From an uncultured Syntrophobacter sp. (GTDB taxonomy: Bacteria; Desulfobacterota; Desulfofervidia; Desulfofervidales; DG-60): 40,596 bases of DNA. The position numbers and the translations under genes are program-made. The notes below the pieces were generated by a model that was not told the origin of the DNA, made no database searches, and saw only the letters and a program-made list of their open reading frames with translations. The first letter of the stretch is position 1. The number at the start of each line of letters is the position of its first letter. This document shows positions 21,299-30,745 of the stretch, in pieces. The stretch lies in the NCBI GenBank assembly GCA_964573345.1, contig CAZNJP010000001.1:1-40596 (forward strand). The letters run 5' to 3'.

Positions 21299-21667
21299 GT
21301 GAGGTTTTTACCTTGCTTAAAAAAACGAGACTTTTTAAATACACCTGTGTTTGATAGAAGGCAGTGTATAGCCTATGGGAAAATCTACTTAGAGGCAGGA
21401 AATGTTAACGATGCCATAGATTTTTTTGCAAAGGCCAAGGCAGAAGATGAGCTTAAGGCCCTTTTATCCAGAACAATAGAGGAGGGGGACGTCTTCCTTT
21501 TTCAAAAAATACATAAGCTTTTGGAGAGCTCTCCATCTAATGAGCAATGGGAGAGGTTAGGGGAGGCTGCCTTAAAATTGGGAAAGTTAGAATTTGCAGC
21601 AAAGGCATTTGAAAACGCCAACAATAAAGAAAGGTTAAAAGAGATAAATGAAAAGAGATTATTATGA
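21299..21667 (+). CDS. Hypothetical small helical (TPR-like) protein
   Basis: The GTG start is 1 nt after the rpoZ stop, and the ORF overlaps the dnaJ start by 20 nt. The helical repeats are Ala/Lys/Glu-rich. I recognise no family. Confidence 0.4.
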   Translation: MRFLPCLKKRDFLNTPVFDRRQCIAYGKIYLEAGNVNDAIDFFAKAKAEDELKALLSRTIEEGDVFLFQKIHKLLESSPSNEQWERLGEAALKLGKLEFAAKAFENANNKERLKEINEKRLL

Positions 21668-22748
21668 AGTTTTAGGTGTACCAAGAAATGCCAGCCCTGA
21701 AGAGATCAAAAGGGCATACAGACGGATGGCCCTCAAGTACCACCCTGATAGGAATCCAGGCAATAAAGAAGCAGAAGAACAATTTAAAGAGGCAGCAGAG
21801 GCCTATGAAATTCTCCGTGATTCAGAAAAAAGGGCTATATACGATACTTATGGGCATGAAGGATTGAGTTCCCAGGGTTTCACAGGATTTAGTGGATTTG
21901 ATGATATTTTTAGGACCTTTGGTGATATCTTTGATGATTTTTTTGGTTTTAGAACCAGGGCCCGGGAGGTGCCCCAAGCTGGGGCAGACGTAAGGTATGA
22001 CCTAACAACTTCATTTGAAGAAGCAGTCTTTGGTACAGAAAAGGAAATAAAGATAAAAAAGACAGAAATCTGTGATTTTTGTGGGGGCAGTGCCTTAGAG
22101 CCTGGTTATGAACCCGAAGTTTGTCCTGTTTGTAGAGGCAAAGGGCAAGTTTATCAAACACATGGTTTTTTTCGTATAGGGACTACGTGCCCTCATTGTC
22201 AAGGAAAGGGGGTTATTGTTACCCACCCTTGCCCTAAGTGTGGTGGGAGTGGCCGCAGAAAGGTTGAAAAGGGCATTAAGATACGTATTCCAGCAGGTGT
22301 AGATACAGGAACCAGGCTCCGTATCCAAAGAGAGGGCGAGGCAGGCCTATATGGTGGCCCCCCTGGAGACCTATATATTGTTATTCATGTAAAACCCCAT
22401 TCATTCTTTACTCGCAAAGGGGATAATATAATTTGTGAAGTCCCTATTTCTTTTGTTCAGGCCGCTCTTGGAGATACCATAGATGTACCTACCCTTAAAG
22501 GAGTAGAAAAATTAAAGATTCCTCTTGGTACTCAATCAGGTAAAACATTTCGCTTACAAGGCAAGGGTGTTCCTAAGATAGGAGGTTATGGCCGTGGGGA
22601 TCAAATTGTCCGCATTATAGTAAACACTCCCACAAATCTAACAAAACGCCAGGAGGAGCTTCTAAGGGAATTCGCAGAGGTTGAGAAAGAAAAAAGGGCC
22701 TCTCCCTATTCCCGTTTTTGGGAAAAAGTAAAGGCGTACCTTGGATGA
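21648..22748 (+). CDS. dnaJ: Molecular chaperone DnaJ
   Basis: The J domain shows DYYEVLGV and HPDRN. A G/F-rich linker follows, then four CxxCxGxG zinc-finger repeats ([32 protein letters not shown]). Confidence 0.95.
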   Translation: MKRDYYEVLGVPRNASPEEIKRAYRRMALKYHPDRNPGNKEAEEQFKEAAEAYEILRDSEKRAIYDTYGHEGLSSQGFTGFSGFDDIFRTFGDIFDDFFGFRTRAREVPQAGADVRYDLTTSFEEAVFGTEKEIKIKKTEICDFCGGSALEPGYEPEVCPVCRGKGQVYQTHGFFRIGTTCPHCQGKGVIVTHPCPKCGGSGRRKVEKGIKIRIPAGVDTGTRLRIQREGEAGLYGGPPGDLYIVIHVKPHSFFTRKGDNIICEVPISFVQAALGDTIDVPTLKGVEKLKIPLGTQSGKTFRLQGKGVPKIGGYGRGDQIVRIIVNTPTNLTKRQEELLREFAEVEKEKRASPYSRFWEKVKAYLG

Positions 22749-22879
22749 AACTTGCTCATATTGACGAAAAGGCTCGGGCAAGGATGGTGGATGTCAGTAA
22801 GAAGGCAAGGACCTTAAGGGAGGCCGTTGCCTGTGCTAAGATTCTAATGCAGCCAGAAGCGTTTAAACATATCCCCTAA
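22745..22879 (+). pseudogene. moaC: moaC 5' fragment (cyclic pyranopterin monophosphate synthase): only 44 codons, then a stop
   Basis: [44 protein letters not shown] matches the MoaC N-terminus (compare E. coli [33 protein letters not shown]). The ATG overlaps the dnaJ stop. The remaining ~115 residues are absent in all frames before 22961. Confidence 0.7.
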
Positions 22880-22960
22880 GGAACCAAAAACCACTATCTA
22901 GCTCTTCTATACACCTAAGGCTTGCAGCCTTGTTAGGTATGGCGTAAAAAATTAAATAAA

Positions 22961-24898
22961 GTGGAGCTAACAGCATATGTGGAGAATTCTGAGGCAGGTT
23001 TTTTGGCCTTAAGGTCTGGGGCAGACTCAATCTGCGCAAAAATCAACCTAAACCATTCAAGCTTTACACTAAAAGAACTCTCCTCTTTATCCCTTTATGC
23101 CCACAGGCATAATAAAAGGATTTTTGTCTCTTTAGATTTTATGGTCAAAGAAACAGAATGGTCTAAAACCATAGATGTAATTATAGCTTTGAATGAAATT
23201 AAGCCAGATGCCTTCATTATCCAAGACTTAGGGGTCTATTATCTATTAAAACACAAATTTCCCCATTTCAACCTTTGCGGTAGTAGATTAATGAATATCC
23301 ATAATGTGTCAGGTGCAAAACAACTTGAAAAAATGGGATTTAAACGGGTGGCCCTGGCACCTGAACTCAATTTAAGGGAAATTGAGGAAATAAAGAGAGA
23401 AGTATCCATTGAATTAGAGGTATTGGTCCATGGGAGGCTACATTTTTCTCAACCAGGACTTTGCCTATTTAGTAGCTTTTTGTGTGGCAAATCAAATATG
23501 AGAGGCCATTGCCAAAGGCCTTGTCACCTTCCTTATGAAATTAGTGGGAAGATTGAACATTTCTTTCATTGCAAATGGCTGTGTGCCATCTCATTAATTC
23601 CACAACTTAGGCTTATAGGCATTGACGCAGTAGGTGTTGAGGCAAAAAAGGACATAGCTAAGGTAGTCGAGGCTTATCGATTAGTAATAGATGCAAAGGG
23701 GAAAGAGGTTATTACTGCCATAAATCATGCAAAGTCCTTATTAGGAAAAGAAGATAATTTTACTACAGGCTTTTTTATTTCTCCAAAGGCAAAGGAAATA
23801 TTAGCTACTTATGGACCAGAAACCGAGGTCTATTTGGAACAAGTACAGAAAAGGGAAGGAGAAAATATCTATTTTAGTTCTAAAGAAGAAGTAAGAATAG
23901 GGGACTTGATCTCTGCATACGATGAGGCCTTTAACAAAATCGTCTGGAAAGTGAAAAAAATAAATGAAGAAAAACACTTTTTGTCAGTGAATGCACCAGA
24001 TGAAGTTCAAGTAGGCTATCTATTGTTTAAATTAAAAAACAAGAAACTTGATAAAATAGAAAAAAAACATCTATTGGATAAAATAGTTTTTAAAAATAAA
24101 AGGAAAAAGAATCAGTTATTAGATTGGATAGAAACCCAAACAATTTCAAAAAAATACATCAAAACAAAAGAATTTTGGATACATTCAGAAACACTGGATA
24201 TTTTTGAATTTCCTCATTTCCCCTTTGTTCCTATTCTGACTATTAATGACCGAAATTATAGCTATTTATTGAGAAGGTATAGGCAAATTTTAAAAAGATT
24301 TCCTAATCTTGCCCTTTCCTTACCATCCATAATCTTCCCTTCACAACTAAATTTTTTTAAAAAGGCCATAAATCAATTGGTAAATTTGGGGTTTAAGCGC
24401 TGGTCTGTTGCCAACTTAGGACAGTTCTCGCTCTTTCAGGAAAAACAGAGAATTTTTTTGAGTACTGACTATACATTCAATGTAGCCAACACACTTTCTA
24501 TAAGGGTTCTAAAAGAACTAGGTGCTGAAATAGTTACCCTGAGTGTAGAATTAGATAAAAGCTCAATCAGGGAATTGCCCGAAACCATGGCACTTGTCTA
24601 TGGTAGGATTCCAGTACTTACCTCCTGCCTAAAGGTAGAAGATTTTAAGGGTGGCTCTATTTTAAGCCCTTTGGGTATAGAATATCTTATTGTTAGCCGC
24701 AATCAAATAACATATATCTTACCACAACTTCCATTTTCTCTTACAGACAGCCTAGAAGAGTTAAAGTCATTTGGCATTCACAGATTTTTATTAGATTTAA
24801 GATTTATGTTGACCAAAGAAGGGGCTCGTATATTAGGAAGAGATAAAGCCGCCCTTCCTAGAGGCTTTAAACTCAATTATCAAAGGGGACTGATATAA
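22961..24898 (+). CDS. Peptidase U32-family Fe-S protein, two U32-like halves (RlhA / UbiU-UbiV-like size class)
   Basis: Shows U32 TIM-barrel-like N-terminal sequence (GADSICAKIN, KRIFVSLDFM, DAFIIQDLG) and a Cys cluster CLFSSFLCGKSNMRGHCQRPC. The second half repeats the fold pattern. The GTG start has no obvious SD. Confidence 0.75.
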   Translation: MELTAYVENSEAGFLALRSGADSICAKINLNHSSFTLKELSSLSLYAHRHNKRIFVSLDFMVKETEWSKTIDVIIALNEIKPDAFIIQDLGVYYLLKHKFPHFNLCGSRLMNIHNVSGAKQLEKMGFKRVALAPELNLREIEEIKREVSIELEVLVHGRLHFSQPGLCLFSSFLCGKSNMRGHCQRPCHLPYEISGKIEHFFHCKWLCAISLIPQLRLIGIDAVGVEAKKDIAKVVEAYRLVIDAKGKEVITAINHAKSLLGKEDNFTTGFFISPKAKEILATYGPETEVYLEQVQKREGENIYFSSKEEVRIGDLISAYDEAFNKIVWKVKKINEEKHFLSVNAPDEVQVGYLLFKLKNKKLDKIEKKHLLDKIVFKNKRKKNQLLDWIETQTISKKYIKTKEFWIHSETLDIFEFPHFPFVPILTINDRNYSYLLRRYRQILKRFPNLALSLPSIIFPSQLNFFKKAINQLVNLGFKRWSVANLGQFSLFQEKQRIFLSTDYTFNVANTLSIRVLKELGAEIVTLSVELDKSSIRELPETMALVYGRIPVLTSCLKVEDFKGGSILSPLGIEYLIVSRNQITYILPQLPFSLTDSLEELKSFGIHRFLLDLRFMLTKEGARILGRDKAALPRGFKLNYQRGLI

Positions 24899-24921
24899 AA
24901 TATTCATGAGCTTTGTGGAAT

Positions 24922-25003
24922 CATTAAATCGTGATTAGTTGATTCGTTAAATCGTAGAATTGTCTAATCACGACATAATTTAACTATTTGACGAATCAAT
25001 CAC
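24922..25003 (+). repeat. AT-rich palindromic intergenic element, family 1, copy in plus orientation
   Basis: Shares taaatcgtga, aactatttgac and acgaatcaa blocks with the minus-strand copies at 31568-31688 and 36398-36478. Internal inverted repeats include gtgattag/ctaatcac and ttgattcgt/acgaatcaa. Confidence 0.65.
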
Positions 25004-25479
25004 TTTCTCAAAGTGGCTATTAATCGCTTGGGATTTAGAAACAAATCTAAGGCATCGTTGATATGATTCACTATTAAATCGCTATTTTGAATGGCCTCCA
25101 TGGCTGTCCCTTCGCCCCCAATAACGCAAATGCCTAAAGCAGAAGACTTAAGCATTAGTACATCATTTCTACCATTGCCGATAGCTGTACAAATATCCTT
25201 TCCTAAAGATTGCATAAATTGAAGTTTCTCTATCATGCCAGACTCAGAAGTTAGCCCATGAACCTTTACAGGCAAACCACTAAAGGCCTTTTCTGCAGTG
25301 CCATAGGTATCAGCAGTAAGGACGTATATATCAAATGTATCAGTCAATATCTTTAATCTTTCAACTACCCCTGGTAGTAAAATGCCATCTTTGCCCAATG
25401 TCCCATTTAAATCCAAAAGTAGATATTTTAGGGTTAATTGCCCACCACCAGGTATATCTATGTTAAATCCCTTCTTCAT
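25000..25479 (-). CDS. HAD-superfamily hydrolase (COG4087 soluble P-type-ATPase-like)
   Basis: Carries LLDLNGTL (the HAD motif I variant), TADTYGT and GNGRNDVLML (motif IV). Confidence 0.7.
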   Translation of the reverse strand: MKKGFNIDIPGGGQLTLKYLLLDLNGTLGKDGILLPGVVERLKILTDTFDIYVLTADTYGTAEKAFSGLPVKVHGLTSESGMIEKLQFMQSLGKDICTAIGNGRNDVLMLKSSALGICVIGGEGTAMEAIQNSDLIVNHINDALDLFLNPKRLIATLRK

Positions 25480-26362
25480 CTTCTTTTAAAAATTCTAAAA
25501 AGGCAGTTGCCAAAGGAGAAAGGGTTTTTTGAGTATGGTAAATTAAATAAAAAATCCTCTTTAGCTCCATATCATCTAATTTTATTTCCTTTATTGAACC
25601 TGCTTTTATCTCTATCTCTACTGCTCTCTTAGAGAGGATGGATGTCCCTATGCCTGCTATAACTGCTTGGCGAACAGCCTCAGTGCTTCCTAGCTCAGCC
25701 ACAATATTCATTTCACTGATTTCAATCCCCTTTTCTTTTAAAATATGCTCCATGGTCATACGTGTACCTGAGCCAGATTCTCTCAAGATAAATGGTGCCT
25801 TTTTGAGTGTATCGAAATCTACAAATACCTCTTTTGTTAATGGGTGTTTTGAATGGGCAATCAAAATAAGCTCATCTTCAATAACGGGCTCAAAGTTCAA
25901 CTTTGGTATGTTTAACCTTGCTCCCACCATACCAATCTCTAGTTCATCATTTAATACCATTTGTACAATCTGTTTTGTATCTCCAATGTTAAGAAGGATT
26001 TTACAGTTGGGATAAAGTGCCTTAAATCTCCCCAAGAAAGAAGGCAGTATATACTGCCCTGGTATGGTACTTCCTCCTAGTTTTAATTTGCCTTTCTTAC
26101 GGCCTAAAAGTAAATTTATATCCTTTTCTGCCTCTTCTTTAGTGGCTAGCATTCTTTTGGCATAAACATAAAGTGTCTCTCCTGCCTTGGTAGGTGAAAT
26201 CTCTTTCCCAAGGCGGTCAAATAACTTTGCACCAAATTTATCTTCTAAAAAGGCAATATAACCACTTACTGTAGGCTGGGTAAGATAACTTTGAAGTGCT
26301 GCCTTAGAAAAACTTCTAAGCTCATATACCTTACAAAATACCTCTAATTTCCTAAGGTCCAT
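25463..26362 (-). CDS. LysR-family transcriptional regulator
   Basis: Has the N-terminal wHTH (LRSFSKAALQSYLTQPTVSGYIAFLEDKFGAKLF) and a C-terminal LysR substrate-binding domain. Confidence 0.9.
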   Translation of the reverse strand: MDLRKLEVFCKVYELRSFSKAALQSYLTQPTVSGYIAFLEDKFGAKLFDRLGKEISPTKAGETLYVYAKRMLATKEEAEKDINLLLGRKKGKLKLGGSTIPGQYILPSFLGRFKALYPNCKILLNIGDTKQIVQMVLNDELEIGMVGARLNIPKLNFEPVIEDELILIAHSKHPLTKEVFVDFDTLKKAPFILRESGSGTRMTMEHILKEKGIEISEMNIVAELGSTEAVRQAVIAGIGTSILSKRAVEIEIKAGSIKEIKLDDMELKRIFYLIYHTQKTLSPLATAFLEFLKEDEEGI

Positions 26363-26447
26363 AATTTCAGTTAGTCAGTTTCATCAGTTAGTCAGTTTAC
26401 CAGTTTATTCTTACATACTGACTCACCGACATACTGACTAACTAATC
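26363..26447 (-). repeat. AT-rich palindromic intergenic element, family 2 (gtcagt/actgac words)
   Basis: The minus strand reads ttagtcagtatgtcggtgagtcagt ... gaataa ... aaactgactaact (x2). The 5' arm overlaps the apbE stop codon and the 3' end abuts the lysR ATG. A homologous copy lies at 36873-36975. Confidence 0.7.
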
Positions 26448-27463
26448 CGGCCCTTTGACCTTATTTGGAAGCCTTTTCTAGTGATGATTAAGGCAGAAGC
26501 ACGAGTGCTTTCTATAAACCGCTTTGCCAATAGAGGACTAAAGACAAAGGCGGCGGTAGAGATGGCATCTGCATCGGTGACTGTTTTGGCTATGACACTT
26601 ATGCTACTTAACTTAAGAGGGGATTTTCCTGTTTTTGGGTCAACAATATGATAAAATCGTTTTTCTTTATCAAAATATCTTTCATAATTGCCAGAGGTGG
26701 CAATGGCTGCATCCTTAAGGTTGATAGTTTCTATATAGTCATTTGGTTCAAATGGATTTCTAATAGCAATGCGAAAGTATTTATCACCAATAGCCCTTAT
26801 ATCCCCGCCTGCATTTATTAAGGCATATTTAATGCCCATCTTTTTAATAAGCTCTGCTGTCTTATCTACAATATAGCCCTTGGCAATGCCATCCAGGGTA
26901 ATGCCCATATCATTTTTAAGGAATTTTATGTTGTTTTTATCAAAATATAAGCTATTTGAATCTACCAAAGTTAAGGCCTCTTTTATCTCCTTTATTGGGG
27001 GAGGGCTTCCTGCCTTAAATCTATCTTTAAATAAATCAACAATGGGCTTTACTGTAATATCAAATGCTCCATTACTTAAATGATGATAATAAGCCGCTTT
27101 TTGCATAACAAAATGCATCTCTTCAGGGACATCTTTTAATATACCATCTTCATTTAAATGGCTTATCTGGGTTCCACTTTCATATCGATTAAATATGTTT
27201 ATTAACCTTTTCATTTCTAAAAAGCCTAATTCAATGGCCTCTTTTCCCTTATCTACTGAAGAATCATAGACTGTAATAGTAACAACGGTGTCCATAAGAG
27301 GGAGTGTCCTTTCTAACTTATGCAGTTTCTTATCAAACAGGATATCCTGTAAGGGGAAAGAAAAGGCAGGCTTAGCAAAACCAATACTTAATACACCTAT
27401 TAATTTTAAAAAATCCCTTCTATCTAAATGAGCCTTCAAGGTTTTCTTAAGATCTCTCTCCAT
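26438..27463 (-). CDS. apbE: FAD:protein FMN transferase (ApbE family), Tat-type signal
   Basis: Has the RRDFLKLIG twin-arginine signal and ApbE motifs (GAFDITV, LDGIAKGY, INAGGDI, ATSGNYERYF). Confidence 0.85.
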   Translation of the reverse strand: MERDLKKTLKAHLDRRDFLKLIGVLSIGFAKPAFSFPLQDILFDKKLHKLERTLPLMDTVVTITVYDSSVDKGKEAIELGFLEMKRLINIFNRYESGTQISHLNEDGILKDVPEEMHFVMQKAAYYHHLSNGAFDITVKPIVDLFKDRFKAGSPPPIKEIKEALTLVDSNSLYFDKNNIKFLKNDMGITLDGIAKGYIVDKTAELIKKMGIKYALINAGGDIRAIGDKYFRIAIRNPFEPNDYIETINLKDAAIATSGNYERYFDKEKRFYHIVDPKTGKSPLKLSSISVIAKTVTDADAISTAAFVFSPLLAKRFIESTRASALIITRKGFQIRSKGRIS

Positions 27464-27473
27464 CGTTTTCCCC

Positions 27474-28349
27474 CTAAGGTATCAATAAAACAGGAACTTC
27501 GGCCAGCTCTGCTATACGATGGGAAGTACTACCCAACCAAAATTCTCTCCACTTTCCTTTGCCTGTGGTTCCCATGGCGATAAGTGTATTTTTATTCTCC
27601 CAGGTGGCCTTTAGAACTTCTTCTTCAATCTTGCCTGTATAAACATGGGAACTGGCCTTTATACCTTGCTCTCCTAACTGGTTACACACTGCCTCCAATT
27701 TTTTCTTATTTTCTTTTTCCACCTCTTGTATTTCTTCTTTACTCAAATCTTCGCTTAATACATGTATTACACTTACTTTTTTAATCAAGCCCTTAAAACC
27801 AGTAATATATTCTAACACCCGTTCTGAAGGCGCTGACCAGTCAGTAACTATTAACGGCTTCTCAAATATCCTTTCATTTATCCTGGTATACACTGCCCCC
27901 TCTTTTTCGAACTCACACATATATTTGTAAGTCAACACTGGAAAATTAGTCCGCCTCAATAAATCTAACATGGTTGAACCAATATAAAGCCTCTGTAAAC
28001 CTTTCCTTTTCTTACGGCCAGCCACGATTAAATCCACATTTTCTTCCCCTGCCAAAGAAAGAATTTTCACTACCGGATTCCCTACCACAATGTAAATCTT
28101 GCTTTCTATACCCTTTTGACCCAGCTTTTCCTGCCATTCCTCAAAACGAACTTTAGCGATTTCTTCCAGTCTCTCTTCCTCATCTTTTAAATAGCCCCCA
28201 TAAGGCACAAAAGCCACTTCCTCTCTTTCTATCACATGTAGAAGGACAACCTGTTTCAGGCCTACTTTCTTTAGCTCTGTTAAGGCATCCAAGGCATCAA
28301 AGGCCAATTCTCTAAACTTGGTAGGAAATAGTATCTTTTTGATTATCAC
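27474..28349 (-). CDS. Universal stress protein, tandem Usp domains
   Basis: Two Usp halves, each ending in a G-x2-G-x9-G-S-type motif (RLYIGSTMLDLLR and FWLGSTSHRIAE). GTG start. Confidence 0.8.
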   Translation of the reverse strand: MIIKKILFPTKFRELAFDALDALTELKKVGLKQVVLLHVIEREEVAFVPYGGYLKDEEERLEEIAKVRFEEWQEKLGQKGIESKIYIVVGNPVVKILSLAGEENVDLIVAGRKKRKGLQRLYIGSTMLDLLRRTNFPVLTYKYMCEFEKEGAVYTRINERIFEKPLIVTDWSAPSERVLEYITGFKGLIKKVSVIHVLSEDLSKEEIQEVEKENKKKLEAVCNQLGEQGIKASSHVYTGKIEEEVLKATWENKNTLIAMGTTGKGKWREFWLGSTSHRIAELAEVPVLLIP

Positions 28350-28359
28350 ACAAACCCCT

Positions 28360-29820
28360 TTAAAGGAAAAATATTATGGTTACCAAAACAAATACAGGAA
28401 GCAAAATGGTACAGGAATACTTAAGCATATACCCAAAAAAACTAGGCATTGGAGTACCTGCCTCTTCAGAAATAGACCTTACCATAAAATTGGGTGCATT
28501 TCCAATATAGGTATTGGCACCAAAAAATACTGCCCCTGCAGAAATGGCCTTGAGATAAAGGGCATTTTCTGTAAGAAGACCTGGCACTGCTTGTGGTTCT
28601 GGAAGGCCTGCATAAAATTTTCCTAAGGCACTGCTAAAAAATGTCAAGTATGTAGGGGCATTATCTAAGAAACTAGAAAGGATACCAGTAACCCAGAAAT
28701 AATGAGCTGGCGCTTTTATGGCCTTTATTAAAGGGGCTGCTACCCCATTTTCCCCTGCCTTTAAAATCAAAAGACATGGAGTCATGGTCATAAATATACC
28801 AGCAAATAGATAGGCCACCTCTTTTATTGGAAACCAGGTAAACTCATTGTCTTCACGTACCTTCTTTGGGGTGACTATAATAGAAATAATACCAAGTGCT
28901 ATTATAATAAAGTCCCTTGCCCACTCCTGAACGGCCCTGTGCACCCCTAATACACTTATCTCTCCCCACTTTACTACCCCACTCATAATAACACTTCCTA
29001 CTAAAGCAGCCAAAAGTATAAAATTATACCAGCCGTCTAGTCCTAGGGGCTCATGCTCACCCGAAGGGGCTTCTAGCGTCCCCTCCTTTTTTTCCTTCTT
29101 GTAATAATAGAGGTCCATTAAGAAATAAATAGCTAGTATTATAACAACTGCAAAAAGCATATGCGGGAGTATTTTAAATGTCCAGAAAAATGGAACACCA
29201 TGCAAAAAGCCCAAAAACAGCGGCGGGTCTCCTACAGGAGTCAATGCACCCCCAATATTTGCCACCAAAAATATAAAGAAAACCACCATAAATGTCCTGT
29301 ATTTCCTATATCTATTTGCCCTTAAAAATGGCCGAATCATAAGCATAGCTGCCCCAGTAGTGCCCATCCAGGAGGCTAAAGCAGTGCCTATACCAATCAT
29401 GCCTGTATTTAAAGGAGGTGTACCCAATAAGGTGCCCCTTAAAAAGATTCCACCGGCTACAGTAAACAGGCCCCAAAGTAACACAATAAATGGAAAATAA
29501 TCACCAATATATACATGTAAAACCTCATGGAGACCTGCATGTTTATAGACCACAATAAAAGGAACAGCCGTGATTATCGCCCAGAATGCAGAGACCTTAG
29601 GAAAGTGATGATGCCACCACCTTGGAGCAAATAGAGGGAACAGGGCAATGGAGAGCAATATTCCTAAAAATGGAATAGTGCTCCACAGGGGAAGTGACAT
29701 CCCTATCTTCATGCCTGGTTCTACATGGGCTGCGGCCTCATGCTCAACGGCCATGACCAAGGAAGAGGATAAAATAATAAGAAAAAGTATGCTAAATAAA
29801 ATTGTGGTTTTTTTTATCAT
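28360..29820 (-). CDS. ArsB/NhaD-superfamily ion transporter permease (usually annotated sodium:proton antiporter)
   Basis: 486 aa, polytopic. Recognised from conserved segments LPLWSTIPFLGILLSIALFPLFAPRWWHHHFPKVS and LTPVGDPPLFLGFLHGVPF. The substrate cannot be inferred from sequence alone. Confidence 0.65.
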   Translation of the reverse strand: MIKKTTILFSILFLIILSSSLVMAVEHEAAAHVEPGMKIGMSLPLWSTIPFLGILLSIALFPLFAPRWWHHHFPKVSAFWAIITAVPFIVVYKHAGLHEVLHVYIGDYFPFIVLLWGLFTVAGGIFLRGTLLGTPPLNTGMIGIGTALASWMGTTGAAMLMIRPFLRANRYRKYRTFMVVFFIFLVANIGGALTPVGDPPLFLGFLHGVPFFWTFKILPHMLFAVVIILAIYFLMDLYYYKKEKKEGTLEAPSGEHEPLGLDGWYNFILLAALVGSVIMSGVVKWGEISVLGVHRAVQEWARDFIIIALGIISIIVTPKKVREDNEFTWFPIKEVAYLFAGIFMTMTPCLLILKAGENGVAAPLIKAIKAPAHYFWVTGILSSFLDNAPTYLTFFSSALGKFYAGLPEPQAVPGLLTENALYLKAISAGAVFFGANTYIGNAPNFMVRSISEEAGTPMPSFFGYMLKYSCTILLPVFVLVTIIFFL

Positions 29821-30230
29821 AGAATCTGTGTAATCACTGGTCTAAATGGATATCTCTTACTATATTGCCTGATGCCTAAAAATGACAATACCACAAACAG
29901 TGTTAGAAAAAAGAGACTGGAAAAGTTCTGGTCTCCTAATAAGTCTAAGTAATAACCCAAAATCGCCCCAATAAATAAGCTTATGGTAGGAATTATAAAT
30001 ACAATAAAGGCTGCCTTAAGCTCACTTTCTGTTGGAATTGAGACCATTACCTCTTGCCCGGTCTTTGCACCTAAAGGATTTTCTGCATCAAGCATCTTAT
30101 ATCTTTTTCCCAACATGCTGCACAACCCAGCTCCAGGGCAGCCCTTACAAGCAGTACTTCCTACCAATTTAATCTTTGCCTTTTGCCCAGAAATCCCTAT
30201 TATTGTTCCTTTTTCCTTTTTTAATTCCAT
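29817..30230 (-). CDS. rseC: RseC/MucC-family protein (SoxR-reducing / Rnf-associated)
   Basis: Has an N-terminal beta domain with a Cys motif (ACKGCPGAGLC) followed by two TM helices, as in RseC. I chose the ATG at 30230; an alternative TTG lies at 30263. Confidence 0.7.
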   Translation of the reverse strand: MELKKEKGTIIGISGQKAKIKLVGSTACKGCPGAGLCSMLGKRYKMLDAENPLGAKTGQEVMVSIPTESELKAAFIVFIIPTISLFIGAILGYYLDLLGDQNFSSLFFLTLFVVLSFLGIRQYSKRYPFRPVITQIL

Positions 30231-30255
30231 TTTCCTGAACCTGTCAGGAACAGGT

Positions 30256-30738
30256 TTATTCAACTACCCAAACAGTGCAACCTTTTGCATATTTTACAAT
30301 CTTATCAGATACACTGCCAAAGAAAAATGCCATAGAAATGCCCCTTCTCCCAACTACAATGGTATCACACCCTGTTTTATCAGCCTCTTTCAAAAGGTCC
30401 CTGGCTGTACCTTCCTTCTTCTCCCTTATTTTTACCTTAACTGACTCCTCTGAAATGCCGCCTTCTTTAAGAATCTCCTTGGCCTTGGACATTGCTTCTT
30501 CTATAGTTCTTCTCTTTTCTGCTGATAATGCCCTTAACCTGGCTACCTGTTCTGCAAATCCTAAGGCTTTAGCCCAATCCCCACGCTTCATTTTTTCCAG
30601 GTCATCTAAAGATTCAGGTAACACGTGGTACAAGGTGATTTCTATATCTTTCGTGTCTCTTAATATATCAGCAGCATATCGAACAGCCCTCATGGCATTT
30701 TCAGATTCATCCATGGCAATCAAGATCTTTCTTCCCAT
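30256..30738 (-). CDS. Universal stress protein (single Usp domain)
   Basis: Carries KILIAMDESENAMRAV, DTIVVGRRG and FFFGSVSDKIVKYA. Confidence 0.8.
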   Translation of the reverse strand: MGRKILIAMDESENAMRAVRYAADILRDTKDIEITLYHVLPESLDDLEKMKRGDWAKALGFAEQVARLRALSAEKRRTIEEAMSKAKEILKEGGISEESVKVKIREKKEGTARDLLKEADKTGCDTIVVGRRGISMAFFFGSVSDKIVKYAKGCTVWVVE

Positions 30739-30745
30739 ATTTACC

